A stretch of 63,753 bases of DNA, counting the filler. It is 11 parts of 11 records of this genome, joined end to end, with 100 filler letters (N's around TTAATTAATTAA, not from the genome) between each part and the next. Parts side by side here need not be neighbours in the genome. Positions count along the whole stretch, not along the records: positions 56,601 to 59,693 come from SRR7504441_7447; positions 59,794 to 63,753 come from SRR7504441_7462; 9 more parts are not named here. The stretch is one strand, 5' to 3'. Made by a program: the position numbers and the translations under genes. This document shows positions 58,631 through 63,753 of this stretch, one piece after another (position 1 is the first letter of the stretch; each line of letters starts with the position of its first letter). The notes under the pieces are model-generated. The model did no database searches, was not told where the DNA came from, and saw nothing but the letters and a program-made list of their open reading frames with translations.

Positions 58631-59583
58631 TTATTGGATCGCACACTTACAGCCGCCGCCCTTTGATTCTTCTTTGGTGTCGGGCTTGTCGCCATCGTCA
58701 GACCCAAAGCCCTTCCTGTTGTCATCGGCTGCCTGTGTCTTGTTGCTGGATTTCTTCCTGCCCTGCGCAGACGCCTCGTTCATGTGCTCGACCAGCGTTT
58801 TGAAGATTTTGGAAATGTTCTTATCCTCCTGCACAGCCAGTGAAAACACTGTCACCAACACCGGCCGCGGACCTTCGCCGAGGCCTCCATGAACTCGATT
58901 TGCCCGATGGAAGACTTCGGCCTCTTCTCATCCTCCCAATCGGCTGCCTTCTTTCTGCCCTGCACATACCAGCACCGCTCAAAGCGAGCCAGGCGCACAA
59001 GCCGTCACCTTCCCAGCTCCAATCACGCGCGCTTCCTCCATGTCACATTTGTTGCCAACCAGGATGATCGGCACCTGCACCCCGGGCTCGAGCCCCGCCG
59101 CCCGGTTCGGCCACCTTGAATCCCGTCTTAGAGCACGCCTTATCTATCTGGGTTTTGAACTCGTCCATCTTCTCGAAAGACTGGCTGTCAGTGATGCTGT
59201 ACACGAGCACGAATCCCTGGCCCGGCTCAGCGGCTGGCCGGGCCTCTGCTCACCCGGCCCTCCTGCATGTACTCTTCGCGCAGAGTGCTGTACTCGTCCT
59301 GCGCCGGGGTGAGCGGTGGGAGGTGGGGGGCGCGACCTGGCCGGCTGTGTCGAGGATGTCCAGCGTGCATACCTTGTCGTCCACCTCGAGCTTCTTCCTG
59401 TACGAGTCCTCGATGGTGGGGTCATACTGCCCCCGCCCGCTCCAGCCGGCCGTCCGGGCCCGGGATGACCTTCTTGGGGAATTTGCCCGAGCACAGCCGC
59501 AGGGTGATCGCGGACTTGCCCACAGCCCCCGCGCCCACCACTACAATCTTGTACGTCGTGGAGTCGTCGCTATTGCCCGCCAT
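58631..59583 (-). CDS. Ras-family small GTPase, 6 introns
   Basis: [39 protein letters not shown], CaaX box CAIQ. Confidence 0.95.
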
Positions 59584-59793
59584 CGCGATCGAGTACAACT
59601 GCCTCTTGTTGGCAACCTTGCACGCGCAACGGAAAGGCGATTGTCAGGTTGATGACCCTACCGTACAGTCAATCTCTACCATCTAGATAGCTANNNNNNN
59701 NNNNNNNNNNNNNNNNNNNNNNNNNNNNNNNNNNNNNTTAATTAATTAANNNNNNNNNNNNNNNNNNNNNNNNNNNNNNNNNNNNNNNNNNNN

Positions 59794-62700
59794 AAGCCTG
59801 GTACATTTTTGTGGCTCCAGTCAACGGAATCAATCCAGAATGGGACAGCATGAGCAAGCTGTTTGGCGTCGGCGTATTCGACCCCGATGAGGTCAGTTTT
59901 AGGCCGCTGGCTAGCTACTCACTGTTGGCTTGTTCTGTAGGCGGCAGTCTGCGGCATCTATGGCGTGTTCACGTTTATTGTGGTGCTCTCCACGTTTGTG
60001 CCGATCTCGCTGTACGTCACAATCGAGATGATCAAGTTTGTGACTGGCCTGCTGATCGACTGGGACATGAATATGTTCTCTGAGGAGCTGGCAGCCTCTC
60101 TCGGAGGCATCGACAGAGATGAAAGCGGCAAGTGGGACCAGCACACGATCAAGGACATGGAGGCTTACAAGATGGCGTTCGCCAAGTGCAAATCTTCCAA
60201 GCTGGTCGAGCAGCTCGGTCAGGTGCAGTATGTGCTCAGTGACAAGACAGGCACGCTCACCAGGAACAAGATGGAACTTTGCAAGATGGCCATCTGCTTG
60301 GAAAAGCCCAAAAGTGATGGACCAGTCAGTCAGCCCAAGACTGAGCAGGACCTGCTACCGCACGAGTATGGGCTGGGCCTGACTGATATCGCCAAAGTCA
60401 AAGCAAAGATGGAGGAGGGCATAATCCTGGAAGATGTTGAAAAGCCAGACATTGCCAAGATATACGAGCGAGACCTGAACAAACACTGTGGCGGTACGTT
60501 TGAATTCTACGACCCGCGCCTGAATTGCATCAAGGACTTGGATGGGAATGATGTCCTACCGTTCCTGCAGCAGCCCAATTCGAAGGAGTCATTGGCCATC
60601 CAAGACTACATGCTGGCACTTGCCTTGTGCAACACTGTCGTGCCCGAGGAGAAAACTGTGAATGACGAAAACGGCCATCAAATCGAGCGGTTCATCAAGT
60701 ACAACGCTTCATCGCCCGACGACGGCGCCTTGGTCAAGGCTGCAATGAACTTTGGGTATGAGCTTGTGAAGCGCAAACCCGAAGCACAGGAAAAGGAGCT
60801 GATCGTGCTTCGAATCAAATCAGGGGGCGCAGGCGGGATGATGCAGCACCGTGAGGAGCAGTACCTGATCCATGCCACGTTCGATGCCAACTCGGATCGG
60901 AAGCGCATGAGTGTTGTAGCCGAGGGGATGTTCAATGGTAAGAAAAAGATAATGGTCATCTGCAAGGGGGCTGATAATATTGTCAGAGATCGGTGCGCCT
61001 GTTCGCTGAATACGTCTCAAGCACCCACAGAAAATCAAAGGCTGAACTCTTGGGAAGAGATCTTCCCCGAGAGGCCTGGTGCTTCAACAGTGGAGCAGGA
61101 CAATGCTTTCATGCAAAGCCTTGTGGCCTCTGCTGAAAAGTTCGCTGAACAGGGTCTCCGCTGCATGGTGGTGGCACAGGCTGAAATCACCCAGGCAACA
61201 CTTGATGTGTTCCTGAAACAATACATGGAAGCCAAAGGCAGTGCCGCGGAAAATGCTAAAGCGATGATCAGCGGCCTGGAGAACAGAATGGAGTACAACT
61301 TCAGCCCGCTAGGAGTCACTGCAATTGAGGACAAGCTGCAGTTGAATGTTGGTAACTGCCTGAGAAACCTAGGTAAGGCTGGAATTCAAACCTGGGTGCT
61401 CACTGGAGATAAAGTGGACACTGCAATCAACATTGGCTACGCATGCAATCTATTGCGGCAAACAGACGAGCTCAGAATCCTGATTGGAAAGGACAAGGAG
61501 ACCAATGAAGAGTTACCTGTGCAGCATCTGCTGGAACAGCTCGATGGCTTTGAAAAAGACTACGAGAGGGTGTCTGGAGATGGCCAGAAGATGAGCCTGG
61601 TCATTGATGGTGATGCCCTTTTGAAATTTGGCATTGGTTTGATTATTCCACTCGCTGATGAAAGCGAGATCGACAGATTTCATGAAATGCAAGAGAAGCT
61701 GATTTTCTTTGCAGGCAAGATGGCATCTTGTGTCTGCTGCCGCGTTTCTCCCAAGCAAAAAGGTGACATTACCAAGCTCGTCAAGGGAATTCTGCAGCAA
61801 GTGTGTCTTGGAATTGGAGACGGAGCCAATGATGTGGAGATGATCCTTCAAGGCGACGTCGGAGTAGGAGTTCAGGGTGTGGAAGGCTCGCAGGCTGTGA
61901 ACAACTCAGACTTTGCCATCACAGAATTCCAGCACCTCGAAAACTTGCTGCTTGTTCACGGTCGCTGGACGTATCAACGCATTGCAACATCTGTATGCTA
62001 CTTCTTCTACAAAAACATCGCATTCACAATGTGTACGTTTTGGTTTGCAATATATTCTGCATTCTCTGGACAGCTCTTCTTTGAGGCGTGGTCAGCTTCA
62101 TGTTACAATGCAATCTTTACAGTGTTTCCAGTGCTGGTCTTTGGGCTCATGAATCAAGATGTTTCTCAAGAGGTCGCGCGGAAATGCCCAAAGCTGTACG
62201 AGCCTGGTCAATTGCATGCTCATCTGAACTATGGCATCTTTACTTGGTGGGTCACTGAAGCTGTCTATGCTTCAGTCATCATGTTCTTCTTTGCGTATGC
62301 ATCCGTGTTCAATCATGTAATTGCAGATGGCCGACCTTATCAGCACTGGACAACATCGACGACTGTATATACTGCCTGCATCTACGCTGTTACCCTCCGA
62401 ATCGCCCTGGAAACATCGTTCTGGACTTGGATTACACACCTCTCCTACTGGGGCTCGATTGGTTTGTGGTTCATTTACTGTTTCATCACCTGTTGTTGGG
62501 GGGTCGACGGCTTGGGTGGCTACATTCCTGGTTACTCGTACCAGTACATGGTGATTGTGCAAATCATGCAGTCTGGAATCTTCTACACGTATTGTGCACT
62601 TGTGCCCTTTGTTGTCACTTTGCCGGCATATTTGTACCGTGCAGTGATTGTTCTGTATTACCCTTCCCTCAACGACAAGTGCCGCAACCCTGTGTACTGG

Positions 62701-63195
62701 AATGAACTCGTGGTGGCTGGCTTGATGGACCCCAGCCTCGCCGATGGCCTCACCGAAGAGCAGCTCGCACGTCTCCAAAAGTTGGAGGCCGGTCCAGCTT
62801 TGCAGAGGAGGGGCACCACCCTTGCCGAGGCTTCACGGATGGTGCCTCACGAAAGCCTGAACGGAGCAGGGGACAATACTGCACTTTGGTCTGGCCGTAA
62901 GAATCTGACTGGAGCGGAAGCCATCCGTCGAGCTGCACGCAGAGCCCTGATGGAGAAGCTCAAGGGAGACAAGGTCAACGAGAAGATGGGCAAGTTCAGG
63001 GCTGGGAGGGCATCCGGTCTGAGCACGTCAAGCGAAATGCTTGTGCAAACAGTGAAGAGAGCTCAAGAAGAAGCGCCAGAAGAGGAGCTACGGAGATCGA
63101 GAAACCAATCACAGGCCACTGCTGCTGCAAGTGGCGAAGACACATCGGAAAGCCCAGTTGCTGATACCAGAACCAACCTTCAACCTATAGGATGA
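59794..63195 (+). CDS. P4-type ATPase (phospholipid flippase), 5'-truncated
   Basis: PISLYVTIE, SDKTGTLT, SDRKRMS, TAIEDKLQ, TGDK, CCRVSPKQK, GDGANDV, FFYKN. Confidence 0.96.
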
Positions 63196-63753
63196 CTGAT
63201 GGCGAGCGTGTGTTCCCGAGATTGCTGCAGTCAAGCGGACAGTGACACCAGCCGGCAGATTCAAGAAACACCTTCTCAGCTTGATGCCAGTGTCCAGTCA
63301 AAGGATTGATTGAATGCACAAGAGTGATGTCGGGTCACACGTTCACAATTGAGTTGTCCGATTGTAGTCCGATTGTTCATATATTGTTCATATGTATCAT
63401 TATCTCCTAGCCCTGAACTTGCCTATCTTCTCGTTGATCATGTCCTGCAAATATCATATAGCTCGAGTCGAATTCCGTCGAGCTCATGGTTAATCATTAT
63501 TATATTAAAATCCTTTATCATGATCAATACCAATTAATCAATCAAGTTCTGTACAAGTTCTCTATTGCATCCTATGAGGTTCCTGTACAAGTTCTGAATT
63601 ATAATTTCAACCACAACAAAACAGATGCTCGCGCGATGGCAGATGAGCTACAGATGACCCATGCTGGCCGCCCTATGGCCGCCCAAGACTTGAACGCGCG
63701 GTGCGGCCGTGCGGCCCCAGACACCACGCTCTGCGAGGACTGAGGTGTCTAGA

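Noticed and set aside
4733-59793. Repeated TTAATTAATTAA blocks as a biological repeat or CRISPR-like array
   Set aside because: Always centred in 88 Ns at exactly 100 bp and truncating genes: a concatenation linker.
1-63753. Assigning a specific taxon; tRNA, rRNA, spliced-leader or transposase calls
   Set aside because: No diagnostic sequence recognised; would need phylogenomics (e.g. RPN2), tRNAscan-SE, Infernal and repeat searches.

Overview
This is not contiguous DNA. It is 11 short contigs (3-12 kb) of a compact, GC-rich eukaryotic (protist-like) genome joined by ten artificial 100-bp spacers (N44-TTAATTAATTAA-N44). Genes are split by many very short introns (mostly 35-51 nt), so the ORF track fragments or misses most of them; I spliced them by hand. 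Recognisable genes: RPN2, RBX1, PAM16, a DNAJC21/Jjj1-like J-protein, a Ras-family GTPase, an NHP6-like HMG box, a P4-ATPase, an EttA-like ABC-F, a FucA-like class II aldolase, a SMYD-like SET protein, LMF, NIPA, a longin-type R-SNARE, and GH63-like and CBM9-like proteins. Main observations: (1) tandem 10-11-bp YAAC[G/T]G (Myb-type) repeats inside several introns of two convergent genes, in both transcript orientations, with the same word paired upstream of several genes; (2) a 16-intron ATP-grasp-like gene that the ORF track does not show; (3) tiny introns with roughly 10% GC-AG donors and G-rich acceptors; (4) an EF-hand-like pair inserted in proteasome RPN2; (5) recurrent ~11-bp micro-duplications in non-coding DNA. 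No rRNA, tRNA, CRISPR or clear transposon was seen. All family calls rest on motif recognition, not database searches.
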